Shown here: piece after piece, positions 19,293-29,477 of the stretch
How positions within the stretch are numbered: the first letter of the stretch is position 1
Layout: the number at the start of each line of letters is the position of its first letter
Assembly (NCBI GenBank): GCA_963754945.1
Contig: CAVWIG010000030.1
Span: 1-46,225, forward strand
Direction of reading: 5' to 3'
DNA from: Methanotrichaceae archaeon
Lineage (GTDB): Archaea > Halobacteriota > Methanosarcinia > Methanotrichales > Methanotrichaceae
Length of the DNA stretch: 46,225 nt
Translations under genes and position numbers: made by a program
Notes under the pieces: generated by a model
Told to the model about the DNA's origin: nothing
Database searches by the model: none
What the model saw: the letters and a program-made list of their open reading frames with translations, nothing else

Positions 19293-19547
19293 TTGAAATG
19301 TGTAGTTTACTCTACCAAGACCTGCCCCAAGTGCGAACAACTAAAGAGAACACTGAAGGGATTAGGCATCGATTTTGAGACCCTGGACATGGCCACACCG
19401 GAGGCGTTGACGGAACTCCGGGTCAATGGAGTCTTCACTCTGGCCGCCCCGGTGTTGCAGGCCGACGATAAGTTCTACACCGTCGATGACCTATTCGATG
19501 GAGATAACATAAAGAACCTTCAAGCTCTGGGGCTGCAAGTCGCTTAG
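19293..19547 (+). CDS. Glutaredoxin/NrdH-like protein
   Basis: TTG start after GGAGG; VYSTKTCPKC active site and cis-Pro APV motif. Confidence 0.85.
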   Translation: MKCVVYSTKTCPKCEQLKRTLKGLGIDFETLDMATPEALTELRVNGVFTLAAPVLQADDKFYTVDDLFDGDNIKNLQALGLQVA

Positions 19548-20212
19548 AACTCCTTCCCTCGAACCCGGTTTATATCGAAGACCGCCGTGCTGGCCACGTG
19601 CATGACCGCAAAGGTCCCTGCCTGGATGGGGTCGGTCACCACCAGATCCGCTTGCTCGGGAACCGATCCCGCCATCTTCAGGGCGATGACCGGTATCCCC
19701 TCCTCCTGGAGCTTTTTGACTTCCTCAGTTATACGGCCACCCATTATGGCACCGGCGAGGACGAGGATGGATGCCCGATGAAGCCTGGCGACAGCGCTTA
19801 CGGCATCGGCTAGGGCAGATTCGCCTACCAGCGGAATGGTGTCGACGCTTATCCGCTCTCCTCGCAGGTTGTGGCGGTCGGCTTCGTTGACAGCGCCAAC
19901 GGCCACCTGGGCAACCTGGGCACCTCCGCCGATTATTATCACTCTCGACCCGTAGATCTTCTCGAAGGATGGGTGAACAGCGACCTCCAGGATTGATTCC
20001 ATTGCCTCGAGTTCCTCGACCATTCCAACCGGAGTTCCCTCCGCTGGTCCGTCTATCTCCATGTACACCGATGCCTTGCCATCGTTAACTCCTCGGTCCA
20101 GTACGAACTGCTGGGTGTAGACGATGTTGCCGCCCCTTGAGGCAACCACCCCGGCTATATCGCGCAGCATTCCAGGCCGATCTATGCAGATTATGTTCAA
20201 TGCAATGCTCAT
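19544..20212 (-). CDS. ACT-domain protein (DUF5612-like, methanogen-conserved)
   Basis: N-terminal DRPGMLRDIAG..GGNI ACT motif; C-terminal IIIGGGAQVAQVA..EADRHNLRGERISVDT. Confidence 0.8.
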   Translation of the reverse strand: MSIALNIICIDRPGMLRDIAGVVASRGGNIVYTQQFVLDRGVNDGKASVYMEIDGPAEGTPVGMVEELEAMESILEVAVHPSFEKIYGSRVIIIGGGAQVAQVAVGAVNEADRHNLRGERISVDTIPLVGESALADAVSAVARLHRASILVLAGAIMGGRITEEVKKLQEEGIPVIALKMAGSVPEQADLVVTDPIQAGTFAVMHVASTAVFDINRVRGKEF

Positions 20213-20301
20213 TTTTCCTCTTTTCTTATAGTTACGATGTTTCCAGGATAATCCTATGGCACTGGCAAACTTTAATATGACGAGTGATTACTTCCAGAAG
20301 G

Positions 20302-20616
20302 ATGGAATTTTGTCCTGATTGCAAGAGTATGATGATGCCCAATCCCAAATCGGGATTGATGATCTGCAGGAAGTGCGGCCGCAAGATAGAGATGACGGCC
20401 AGCGATAAGTTCGTGAGCAAAACAGAACAGCAGGACCGTATCGTTCCTGTCTTGGAGGGAGACATCCAGCTCCTTCCCACAACCAATGCCAGATGCCCTG
20501 AGTGCGGCAACAACGTCGCTTATGTGGAAATGAAACAAACCAGGGCAGCCGATGAAAGCCCCACGCGCTTCTTTACTTGCACAAAATGCAGAAATAGATG
20601 GAGAAGGTACGAGTAG
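20302..20616 (+). CDS. tfs: Transcription factor S (TFS)
   Basis: Two Zn ribbons (CPDC/CRKC, CPEC/CTKC) and catalytic QTRAADE. Confidence 0.93.
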   Translation: MEFCPDCKSMMMPNPKSGLMICRKCGRKIEMTASDKFVSKTEQQDRIVPVLEGDIQLLPTTNARCPECGNNVAYVEMKQTRAADESPTRFFTCTKCRNRWRRYE

Positions 20617-20677
20617 GGTAGCGTTACATCAGGGCAATCAATATCAGATAAAATCGCTCTCTGCAGGAGGCACTAGG

Positions 20678-21412
20678 ATGTTCAAGGCTGTAATCAACGC
20701 AGAAACTTTGCGCGACGCAATCGAAGCTGTTTCGTCTCTGGTAGACGAGGTGAAGTTCTCTATCTCAGAGAAAGGTATAGAGCTGAAGGCAGTAGACCCT
20801 GCCAATGTAGCCATGGTGTCCCTTAAAGTCGGAGCTGAGGCCTTTGAGTTCTTCAAGACCACCCCCGGAGAGATCGGAGTAGACCTGGTGCGTCTTACCG
20901 ATGTCCTGAGCATGGCTGACAAGGGAGAGAACGTTCAGCTTGAATTGGATGAAGAGAACCGAAAGCTGAAGATCGGTGTTGGATCTCTCTCCTACACGCT
21001 GAGCCTGATCGATCCTTCTGCCATAAGAAAAGAGCCCAAGATCCCAGAGCTTGATCTGCCAGCCCATGTAACCCTCCACGGATCTGAGCTGCGAAGAGCA
21101 GTCAAAGCCGCCGAGAAGGTAAGCGATCACGTAGTCTTAGGCGTCTCTGATGACGTCTTTTTCATGGAGGCGAAAGGAGACATTGATTCCCTGCGCCTGA
21201 ACATACCGAGCACCGAGCTTCTTGGCCTTAAACCAGGCGAGGCTAGGTCACTGTTCTCGCTGGACTACCTGGAGGACATGAGCAAGTCAATAGGCAAGGC
21301 CCAAGAGGTAACCCTTGAGATGGGGATGGATTATCCCCTTCGCGTCGGCTTCAAGATAGGCCAGGCCATAGAGGTCAACTATCTCCTTGCTCCCAGAATT
21401 GAGCAGGAGTGA
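20678..21412 (+). CDS. pcn: DNA polymerase sliding clamp PCNA
   Basis: MFKAVI, AVDPANVAMV, C-terminal YLLAPRIE. Confidence 0.97.
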   Translation: MFKAVINAETLRDAIEAVSSLVDEVKFSISEKGIELKAVDPANVAMVSLKVGAEAFEFFKTTPGEIGVDLVRLTDVLSMADKGENVQLELDEENRKLKIGVGSLSYTLSLIDPSAIRKEPKIPELDLPAHVTLHGSELRRAVKAAEKVSDHVVLGVSDDVFFMEAKGDIDSLRLNIPSTELLGLKPGEARSLFSLDYLEDMSKSIGKAQEVTLEMGMDYPLRVGFKIGQAIEVNYLLAPRIEQE

Positions 21413-21463
21413 TTTCCCGAGCGCGTCTCCCGCGCTCCCTTTGATTCTGTTTCTACCCATCCT

Positions 21464-22465
21464 ATGAAGATATCGGAATACCCTTTCTCCAAGGAGGCAG
21501 TAGAATACGTTAGGGGAGCTGGCCTCTCTTTGGAGAGCCTGCTGGAAAGCCCTTATCACCAGTCAGTAAGAATAAGGGCAGTTGAAAGGGTTCTAGGGGC
21601 TATTTGTGGTGATATCCCAGCCGGTCGCGTTAGTGGAGTTTCTGAGCGTTTAGCTGAGACGGCCGAGCTGTTTTCCTATCCACTGGCCAGGATTATATTA
21701 TCCTGCCTAGGTGACGACCTTCTAATTCGCAGGTATGCGATTGCTGAGGCAAGGCTTGCTCACAACAGGATGCAGCGTGATAAAGACGACATCCTGGCCC
21801 TGGCCGCGGACCTGGGATTCGATCCGCGAGGCTCAGAGCCGTGGAAGCTCCACTTCTCGGAGTACATCCGGGCTGCCCACAGGATGCGCTCGCCAAAGTG
21901 GAAGCTGGTAAACAGAGATCTCCTAGACGGCTATCTCACCGTTACCAAAGAGGAGCTGACGCGCCTCATGGAGGAGATGGTGAGGGATAGAGTGCTGAAA
22001 GGGCTCCCCCTGGATGTGGGCCTGGACACCTGCCAGAAGCTGGAGGGGTACATAATGCCCATAAGGTCGGAGCTGGAGGCGTTCAAGGCCAAAACCAGGG
22101 TGGATCTTGGCAAGGTCACCGAGTCGGCATTTCCACCCTGCATCAAGAAGATGCTTGAGCAAGTTGCCGCCAACGCCAACCTGGCCCACTCCGCCCGGTT
22201 CGCCCTCACAAGCTTCCTGCTGCAGATCAACATGCCTCCGGACCAGGTAACAGGACTGTTCAACACCAGCCCGGACTTCGACCAGGAGAGAACTAGATAT
22301 CAAGTGGAGCATATCGCCGGCTCAGGCGGAACCAAGTATAAGCCGCCCTCATGTTCGACTATGGCGACTTACGGTAACTGTCCTGGAGAGGATGAGCTGT
22401 GCAGACAGATTCGCCACCCCCTGAGCTATTATGAGCGAAGGATAAAGCAGACCGGAAAAGTTTGA
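21464..22465 (+). CDS. priL: DNA primase large subunit
   Basis: YPF N-terminus; FPPCI, YKPPSC and Fe-S cysteines; adjacent to PCNA. Confidence 0.93.
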   Translation: MKISEYPFSKEAVEYVRGAGLSLESLLESPYHQSVRIRAVERVLGAICGDIPAGRVSGVSERLAETAELFSYPLARIILSCLGDDLLIRRYAIAEARLAHNRMQRDKDDILALAADLGFDPRGSEPWKLHFSEYIRAAHRMRSPKWKLVNRDLLDGYLTVTKEELTRLMEEMVRDRVLKGLPLDVGLDTCQKLEGYIMPIRSELEAFKAKTRVDLGKVTESAFPPCIKKMLEQVAANANLAHSARFALTSFLLQINMPPDQVTGLFNTSPDFDQERTRYQVEHIAGSGGTKYKPPSCSTMATYGNCPGEDELCRQIRHPLSYYERRIKQTGKV

Positions 22466-22532
22466 TTTTAGGGTCTCCTTCGAAGATGTGAGGGAATGTG
22501 TGAGGTCTTGAATTATTATCCTGGCTTTTCTG

Positions 22533-24380
22533 TCAACCTATCGAGGCTGTCTGAAGACCAAAACCGGCATTTGAGTCCATAGATATTCCTGCCGGTAGCC
22601 CGTGGTTCAGATTCCAGGTCTTTAAAGCTGAGATTAATGCGTGCATTCCTTCTTTTTCCAGGTTCGAGGCCGCCGTCAAAAAATCTATTCTGTCTGACGT
22701 GAGCTTTTTGAAGTCGAGGCCTGTCAGCTCCGCGGCCACTCTGGATCCAAACCCGAATTGTGCCCTCCCAGAGGCGACTGCTGCGGCTACGGCAGAATGA
22801 GATCTCGCACGGCCTACATAGCGTATTTCTTCCAGATCGAGTCCCAGATCCTTCAGCTCCTTATCTGCTAGCGGTCTCATTCCTGAGTCTCCCGACCATC
22901 CCACTATGCTTAAGTCTCGTTGCCCTGACAGATCGCTGAAGTTCTTGCCCATCAACCCAAGCTCCCTCGTGTATCCTCGGATTAAGACATGCCCGTCCGG
23001 TATGCTGATCTTCTCCGCATCTGAGACGCAGGCCACATCCGCAAGCTTGTCCTCAACCGAGAAGATACCACGTTTGCCTTCGTGGGACGTGAACCTGATC
23101 TGCAGAGGCAACGACTCCGCGAGCATTTCCAGAAACGGGCAGTTCTCCCCGGCGACGATAAGATCGGGTTCGACATGCTCACCGAAGAGCTGAACATCCA
23201 CAGCCCGCCCTTGTTCCATGTACTCGACCGAAGATGGAATTTCGATGACTCCGTCCGCCTGGGACAGTGTAGTTATGGAGCCGCTTCCCTTGTCCACAGG
23301 ATATACCAGATCACCGTAGATGCCCACTGCCAGCAGCTGATGCCTACCTTCAGTCCTGATAGGTCTTGCCAGCCTTCCGGCGATTCTGTGACCAGTGATT
23401 TTCAGACCCAGGGCCTTCCTGATAGCTGGAGCGGCCAGTTGTCCAAAAACTGTCAGAGCGCTGGTAGGGTATCCCGGCAGTCCGAGAATAGGCTTGCCGG
23501 CGATGGTGCCGAAGATCGTAGGCTTTCCCGGCTTTAGATTTATGCCGTGAAAGAAGGTCTCTCCAATATCGTCCAAAACCAGGTAGACCATATCGCCAGC
23601 CCCGGCCGAGGTGGAGCCGCTTACTAGGGTCATGCCACACTCCTTCGAGATCCTCAGCAGTGCATCGGCCATTGTCTTATGATCGTCGGGCAGAATGCCG
23701 TACACGATCGGAGTTGCACCGCATTCCATTGCTGCTGCTGCGATGGAGTAGGAGTTTATGTCGTAAATCTGGCCGGGCCCAAGGGTTTTATCGGGCTCCA
23801 CCAGTTCGTTGCCTGTGGAGGCTATCCCCACCCGCAGACTCCTCACTCTGACCCGGCCTTTGCCTACGGCAGCCAGGACTCCCACCTCCCGAGCGCCTAG
23901 CCTAGTTCCCGGAAGGAGGACAACATCTCCGAACATAATGTCGCTGCCGGAGCCTATGACGTTCTCTCCTGTATGAACGGGCTTCATGATCCGAACTTGG
24001 TCTCCTTCGACCAATGCATGCTCGATCATGACAACGGCGTCGGCCCCCGAAGGCATCATCGACCCCGTGGAGACCTCCGCTGCCTGGCCTGAGGCGACCT
24101 CAACCTCGGACGCAGCCCCCATGGGAACGCTGCCCGCCAGACGAAGGGACACCGGTCGGTCTTCCCTGGCATCAAGGGAGGCCGACGCCCTGACGGCATA
24201 GCCGTCCATAGAGGCACGATCAAAACCAGGAACGTCGATATCAGAGACGATCCTTTCAGCCAACACTCTTCCGAGAGCAGAGTTCAATGGAACTGTCTCC
24301 TCCCCAACGACCGGAAGGTGACCGAGTACTATGGACCTGGCTATGTCCAGCGGCAGAAGGCTCCGGAACTCTTTGCGCAT
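22533..24380 (-). CDS. moeA: Molybdopterin molybdotransferase MoeA fused to a periplasmic-binding-like domain
   Basis: FDRASMDGYAV, STGNEL, KPGKP and GLPGYPTS motifs; C-terminal SHSAVAAAVASGRA PBP-like segment. Confidence 0.9.
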   Translation of the reverse strand: MRKEFRSLLPLDIARSIVLGHLPVVGEETVPLNSALGRVLAERIVSDIDVPGFDRASMDGYAVRASASLDAREDRPVSLRLAGSVPMGAASEVEVASGQAAEVSTGSMMPSGADAVVMIEHALVEGDQVRIMKPVHTGENVIGSGSDIMFGDVVLLPGTRLGAREVGVLAAVGKGRVRVRSLRVGIASTGNELVEPDKTLGPGQIYDINSYSIAAAAMECGATPIVYGILPDDHKTMADALLRISKECGMTLVSGSTSAGAGDMVYLVLDDIGETFFHGINLKPGKPTIFGTIAGKPILGLPGYPTSALTVFGQLAAPAIRKALGLKITGHRIAGRLARPIRTEGRHQLLAVGIYGDLVYPVDKGSGSITTLSQADGVIEIPSSVEYMEQGRAVDVQLFGEHVEPDLIVAGENCPFLEMLAESLPLQIRFTSHEGKRGIFSVEDKLADVACVSDAEKISIPDGHVLIRGYTRELGLMGKNFSDLSGQRDLSIVGWSGDSGMRPLADKELKDLGLDLEEIRYVGRARSHSAVAAAVASGRAQFGFGSRVAAELTGLDFKKLTSDRIDFLTAASNLEKEGMHALISALKTWNLNHGLPAGISMDSNAGFGLQTASIG

Positions 24381-24414
24381 GTACAAGAATTTGCATGAAG
24401 AAGATATAAAGGTG

Positions 24415-25503
24415 CTACAGCCTGGCCGATCGCGACCTCAAGACGTGGTCGGCAAGCACTATGGCGACCATTGCCTCAGCCACGGGAACAATGCGAGGCG
24501 GAATGGTCGGGTCGTGCCTGCCCTTGATCTCGATCTCAGCGTCCTTGTTGGCTACTAGATCCACAGTGCGCTGCTTCCTGGAGATGGATGGAGTCGGCTT
24601 CACAGCGATCCGACATAGGATGGGAGTACCCGTAGATACTCCTCCCAGGATTCCTCCGGCGTTGTTGGTCTCGAAATCGACTTTGCCTTCAAGGAAGATC
24701 AGAGGGTCGTTCATCTGACTCCCTCGAAGGCGAGCGCTCTCCATACCAGCACCGATCTCTACCGCCTTCACAGCGCCCAGGCTCATGAGCGCCTTGGCCA
24801 GATCTGCATCCAGCTTGTCGAAGACCGGCTCGCCAATGCCCGCTGGCACGCCCTTTGCCACGATATTCACCATCCCGCCCAGGCTGTCGCCCTCCTTTCT
24901 GACCTGGCCCAGTAGCTGGAGCATCCTTCCTGCAGCGTCCTGGTCAGGGCAGCGAATGGGATTGGATTCCACCTTAGCTCTCAGATCCGTGAGATCCGAA
25001 GAGCTGATGTCGGCCTTGATACCGCCCAGCTCGGCCACGTAACCCACGATCTCGATTCCTTCCTGGGCGAGGAACTTTTTGGCAACGGCTCCAGCGGCAA
25101 CGCGACCAACAGTCTCCCGGGCCGAGGCCCGGCCGCCACCGCGATGATCTCTGATGCCGTATTTGACCCCATAGGTGTAGTCGGCGTGTCCGGGACGGGG
25201 CTTGTTCCTGATGACGTCATAGGCGCTGGAGTCGGCATCCTTGTTCCGGACGATAATGGAGATTGGTGTGCCTGTCGTCTTGCCTTCGAAAAGGCCACTA
25301 TGGATCTCGGCACGGTCCTCTTCCTTTCGCTCTGTAGAAGCAATGCTCTGACCAGGTCGCCTGCGATCCAATTCTTTCTGGACATCCTTTGCAGAAAGGT
25401 CGAGGCCTGCAGGGCAGCCGTCCACAACCACGCCCACAGCGCTGCCATGAGACTCGCCCCAGGTGGTAATGCGAAATAGAGTGCCAAAGGTGTTGCCGGA
25501 CAT
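24415..25503 (-). CDS. aroC: Chorismate synthase
   Basis: [28 protein letters not shown] and GRHDP motifs. Confidence 0.97.
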   Translation of the reverse strand: MSGNTFGTLFRITTWGESHGSAVGVVVDGCPAGLDLSAKDVQKELDRRRPGQSIASTERKEEDRAEIHSGLFEGKTTGTPISIIVRNKDADSSAYDVIRNKPRPGHADYTYGVKYGIRDHRGGGRASARETVGRVAAGAVAKKFLAQEGIEIVGYVAELGGIKADISSSDLTDLRAKVESNPIRCPDQDAAGRMLQLLGQVRKEGDSLGGMVNIVAKGVPAGIGEPVFDKLDADLAKALMSLGAVKAVEIGAGMESARLRGSQMNDPLIFLEGKVDFETNNAGGILGGVSTGTPILCRIAVKPTPSISRKQRTVDLVANKDAEIEIKGRHDPTIPPRIVPVAEAMVAIVLADHVLRSRSARL

Positions 25504-25657
25504 ATGTGATCCTCCCTGGCTTAATAGCAGGAGACATAAAAAAGCCTTGCCAGTAGATTTTCTATAGGTTGCAGCCGGGGCTGCGAATATTTTCCTGAAT
25601 ATCCAAATCAATCTGGAGTGAGGAACTTTTATAGTGGGCTTGCCCTTGTTATCCAGG

Positions 25658-26491
25658 ATGAGCGAGCGACTATCCCACAGAGGAGACTATCTTAAGAGCC
25701 TCTGCGATTCTATAGCGGATGCCGTATCCGAATCCATAAAAGGGATGGTGGGCAATCCAGCCAGCGGTGTAATGGTCGAGATGGGAGCCGACGGCACCCC
25801 CACAAAGAGCATAGACAAAGTGGCCGAGAATGCCGTTTTATCCGAGCTCAGGCGTTCGGGCAGTGGTTTTCGGGTTCTGAGTGAGGAGATCGGCGAGGTT
25901 ATCATCGGCGAGAAGCCTGAGTACTTCATCCATCTGGACCCTCTGGACGGAACCTTCAATGCTGTGAAGGGAATTCCGTTCTACGCTGTCTCAATCTATC
26001 TCAGCAAAGAGGATTGTCACTTCGGCTACGTGTACGATCTGGCCAGGGGCGCGAAGTACTACGCAGAAGTGGGCAGAGGAGCTTATGCCGAACCGGGTGA
26101 ATGTGGCCTTGGAGTCTCCCGGACTTCAAACCTCAAGGACTTCAGCGTATCCGCTTATACCATACGGCCCAACACATCGAGAATCGTGAGCATGGGGGAT
26201 ACTGTCCGGCGGATCAGGACTTTGGGTTGCACCTCCATGGAGATGGTCATGGTGGCATCGGGGAAGCTGGACGCCTTTGTGGACCTGAGGGGCATGTTGC
26301 GCGTCGTTGATGTCGCAGCCGGCAGACTCATTTTGGAGGAAGCCGGAGGGCTCATAACAAATGTCGCAGGAGAAAAGCTTCATCTGGACGGCAGCATGAA
26401 CAGCAAAATGTGGCAGAGGACAGACCTGATAGGATCCAACGGCTTGCTCCATGATGATCTTCTCAATCTCATTCGGGGTGGTGCCAATTAA
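25658..26491 (+). CDS. suhB: Bifunctional inositol monophosphatase / fructose-1,6-bisphosphatase family protein
   Basis: [19 protein letters not shown] and DVAAG motifs. Confidence 0.88.
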   Translation: MSERLSHRGDYLKSLCDSIADAVSESIKGMVGNPASGVMVEMGADGTPTKSIDKVAENAVLSELRRSGSGFRVLSEEIGEVIIGEKPEYFIHLDPLDGTFNAVKGIPFYAVSIYLSKEDCHFGYVYDLARGAKYYAEVGRGAYAEPGECGLGVSRTSNLKDFSVSAYTIRPNTSRIVSMGDTVRRIRTLGCTSMEMVMVASGKLDAFVDLRGMLRVVDVAAGRLILEEAGGLITNVAGEKLHLDGSMNSKMWQRTDLIGSNGLLHDDLLNLIRGGAN

Positions 26492-27302
26492 GATCGGTTT
26501 TGTCTCCAGGCACAATGAGGAGTCTGTCCGCCTAGTAGAGATGCTGGCGGACCGATTCCGGTCCAAAGCCGACATCTTCGTCGAGCCAGAAGTTGCCCAA
26601 CAGCTAGGGATTAAAGGGATGCCTGTGGAGGAGATGGAGAGGCAAAGAGTTGATTTCATTGTCTCAGTAGGGGGAGATGGGACAATCCTCCGAACTATCC
26701 ACAGGATGAACGACCCGGTTCCAATCCTTGGAATCAACATGGGTACCCTGGGGTTCCTTGTTGATGTTGAGCCCAAGGAGTCGGAAAAGACCCTTGACAA
26801 ATTGATTCCTGAGTTCGATGTCGACGAGCGGTCCAGGCTTAAGGTCTTGCTGAACGGAAAGAGCCTACCTCCGGCCATCAACGAGGTGGCCCTGATCACG
26901 GCCAGCCCGGCCAAGATGATCGAGTTCGAGATAATCGTCGACGGTTCGCTGATGGAGGACTTCCGCGCAGACGGTGTGATAATAGCTACATCGACAGGGT
27001 CCACTGCCTACGCTATGTCTGCTGGAGGGCCAATAGTGGATCCAAGGGTGGATGCCATAGTTATGGTTCCAATGGCTCCCTTCAAACTCTCCTCCAGACC
27101 CTGGGTCATACCGGGGGACAGCATCATCGAGGTAAAGCTGAAGCTTCCTCTGAAGGATGCACTTGTTGTGATAGACGGCCAGAGCACGACCACTATCTCC
27201 ATGAGCGACTCCCTGGTCATTAGCAAGGCTGACACTCCAGCAAGGTTTGTTAAGGTGGGCAAGGACGGGTTCTTCGAGAAGGTCAAGAGCAAGCTGGCCT
27301 AA
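26481..27302 (+). CDS. nadK: NAD(+) kinase
   Basis: GGDGT, GINMGTLGFL, NE and ADG..TGSTAYAMSAGGP motifs. Start uncertain (GTG 26481 or ATT 26487). Confidence 0.93.
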   Translation: MPIKIGFVSRHNEESVRLVEMLADRFRSKADIFVEPEVAQQLGIKGMPVEEMERQRVDFIVSVGGDGTILRTIHRMNDPVPILGINMGTLGFLVDVEPKESEKTLDKLIPEFDVDERSRLKVLLNGKSLPPAINEVALITASPAKMIEFEIIVDGSLMEDFRADGVIIATSTGSTAYAMSAGGPIVDPRVDAIVMVPMAPFKLSSRPWVIPGDSIIEVKLKLPLKDALVVIDGQSTTTISMSDSLVISKADTPARFVKVGKDGFFEKVKSKLA

Positions 27303-27636
27303 TGCTTCTACGACTGCAAGCTGCAAACTGAAATGTCTTCAGCACGATATTGATGACATCGACGAATAATGCCTGCTTTCAAATATCTTGCCTTCCATTC
27401 GATCGAAGCCTTCGTTAAATGAAACTGTAGATTCGACGGCCGTCATTGTCCGGACAATTGTTCGCTGCGCTAGGTCGTGAACTACTTTCTAAGATGCCCA
27501 CGAGCAAGCTAAATATAATGACTAAAGAATGGCCCAGAAAATTGGAATGAAGATGGCCAGGGCCCGAGGTACAAAGCCCACGAGCACCTTACAACCTTCA
27601 ACTGACTATGGATTTACACAGTGTTGACGGCCGAAT

Positions 27637-28194
27637 CTAAGTCATGGCCATAAGCTCAAGCTTCAACCGGTCCCCATCATCTGCTGCCGGATCGGATTCG
27701 GCCATCTTTCTCTGGCCATCTTCCTCAGGTATATAAGTAAGGTAAAGCTTCCGTCTCTTGCCCTGGGTAAGCTTCACCCTCGGGTCAAGGTCCACGGCAC
27801 GCTTCATAACGTTTATGACCGTGGTCTTATTGAGTCCGAGCATGTCCACCAGTTCACTGGTAGTGTACCTTCCAGGTCTCTCGCTTATGATATCGACAAG
27901 GCTCTTGGCATGTCCATCAAGAGCTTTGCCCTCTGACGAACCCAGTTCTTGTACAGGGCTTTGTCGTCCCTGTTTTGCCTTTAGCTGGCTCTTCAGGTCG
28001 GCCACATCTTTTGAGAGACGATCAACTTGATCGATCAGCCTGCCCAGGAGATCAACGTCAGCCTGCCTTGCTTTCAGCTCGCTTGACATCTTTTCGATGG
28101 CTGAAACAAGAGTTATCATTGCCTGAGCTTCTTTTCTTTCCTTTTCTATCTCAACTGCTTTTGTTTTGTATAGCTCTAAAAGCTCTTCGAACAT
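27637..28194 (-). CDS. Hypothetical protein with N-terminal coiled coil and C-terminal wHTH-like segment
   Basis: Heptad-like N-terminal half; YTTSELVDMLGLNKTTV HTH-like motif. Confidence 0.7.
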   Translation of the reverse strand: MFEELLELYKTKAVEIEKERKEAQAMITLVSAIEKMSSELKARQADVDLLGRLIDQVDRLSKDVADLKSQLKAKQGRQSPVQELGSSEGKALDGHAKSLVDIISERPGRYTTSELVDMLGLNKTTVINVMKRAVDLDPRVKLTQGKRRKLYLTYIPEEDGQRKMAESDPAADDGDRLKLELMAMT

Positions 28195-28411
28195 CTTTAG
28201 GCTACTCCTATTATTTTCTATCTTGACCTCGTCTTAAATGATTCTAAAAGACTTATCGAATATCACAGAACGACCCTAGTATAAATACTTTTCTTAAAAT
28301 TCTTCGGATATGGCGGCTCAAAGATAGATGCATCAGACATGATTCCCATTTTCGCCGAAGGAATCGTGGAAGGGCTGATTTTGTGGACATATTGGACATA
28401 CATTACGAGGT

Positions 28412-29206
28412 TTACCTGAGGTTGCTTCTAAGAAGCTGTGGGAGCTCCTGGATATCCTCGATTACTACGTCGGCCGCTTGGAAGAGGCAGGGTAAGGGAT
28501 GGCTGTCTTGCTGAACCGTCAGCACGCCCAGGTCTGCTGCCTTGAGAGCATGCAGATCATTAAGGCCATCCCCTACCATCACTACCATTTCGTAACTCTG
28601 CTTCAGCTCCATTATGATGTTACGTTTGCGTCCTGGGCTTGACACCGAGCAAATGCGATCTAGTTGAAAGCCGTAGTTCGCCAGGCAGAGCAGGCTTCTC
28701 ATGCTGTCCCCCGATGCGATATACACATCCGCCTCGATCTTTTGAAGCTCGGAGAGTACCTCGGTTAGGCCCGAGAAAGGAATGCCTGATGTGCAGATGG
28801 TGTGAGAGACCTCCGAAAGATCGGCATCCACGATTACCCCAGTTGTCCGGTAATTACTTTGGCACTTGGCAACCACAGCCCTGTAGACCTCTTGGATATC
28901 GCCGATCGTTGCTCTGGATGCACGCACGATTTCAATGGCTTTCTCCCTAGAAACGGGAGTGCTGCAACAGCTTATCTCTATTAATGCTTCCAGGAAAATT
29001 GAGCTGAGGAGCTGATCAGGTGGATACGAGGTTACTTCCGTCGGGTCTAACTGGGGCACAACCAGCGCCCTTCCCGGTTTTTCCATAATCAGGTCCGAGG
29101 TTATAACCTTCTCTATCAGGCAGCCAGTTGAGATTTCTTTGGCCACCCGGTACATTCTGAGAATCGTGCCTGCCACATCGAAGACTACTGCAAGATCTCT
29201 GGGCAT
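28412..29206 (-). CDS. HAD-superfamily hydrolase (soluble P-type ATPase-like)
   Basis: VFDVAGT, IASGD and MVGDGLND motifs. Confidence 0.85.
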   Translation of the reverse strand: MPRDLAVVFDVAGTILRMYRVAKEISTGCLIEKVITSDLIMEKPGRALVVPQLDPTEVTSYPPDQLLSSIFLEALIEISCCSTPVSREKAIEIVRASRATIGDIQEVYRAVVAKCQSNYRTTGVIVDADLSEVSHTICTSGIPFSGLTEVLSELQKIEADVYIASGDSMRSLLCLANYGFQLDRICSVSSPGRKRNIIMELKQSYEMVVMVGDGLNDLHALKAADLGVLTVQQDSHPLPCLFQAADVVIEDIQELPQLLRSNLR

Positions 29207-29477
29207 CCGCCAGAAGTTCAATTCATGGAGAGATCAAGCTATCGGTATCTGTTGGTCTAGAAGCTTATCGATGAAAGCTAAATACGATGATATGCAGTGG
29301 TCATATCAGTCATTGATCATAACATCTAATCGATGTGGACTGACCCACTGGTCGGGAATTTTAGGCACATGCTGTTTTCTAAAACGTTCCTCATTAATAA
29401 GCCAGCGATTTACGACCAAGATCGCGCCATGTACAACTAACATAAAGTTTATGGCATCATAAACATTATGAGATATA

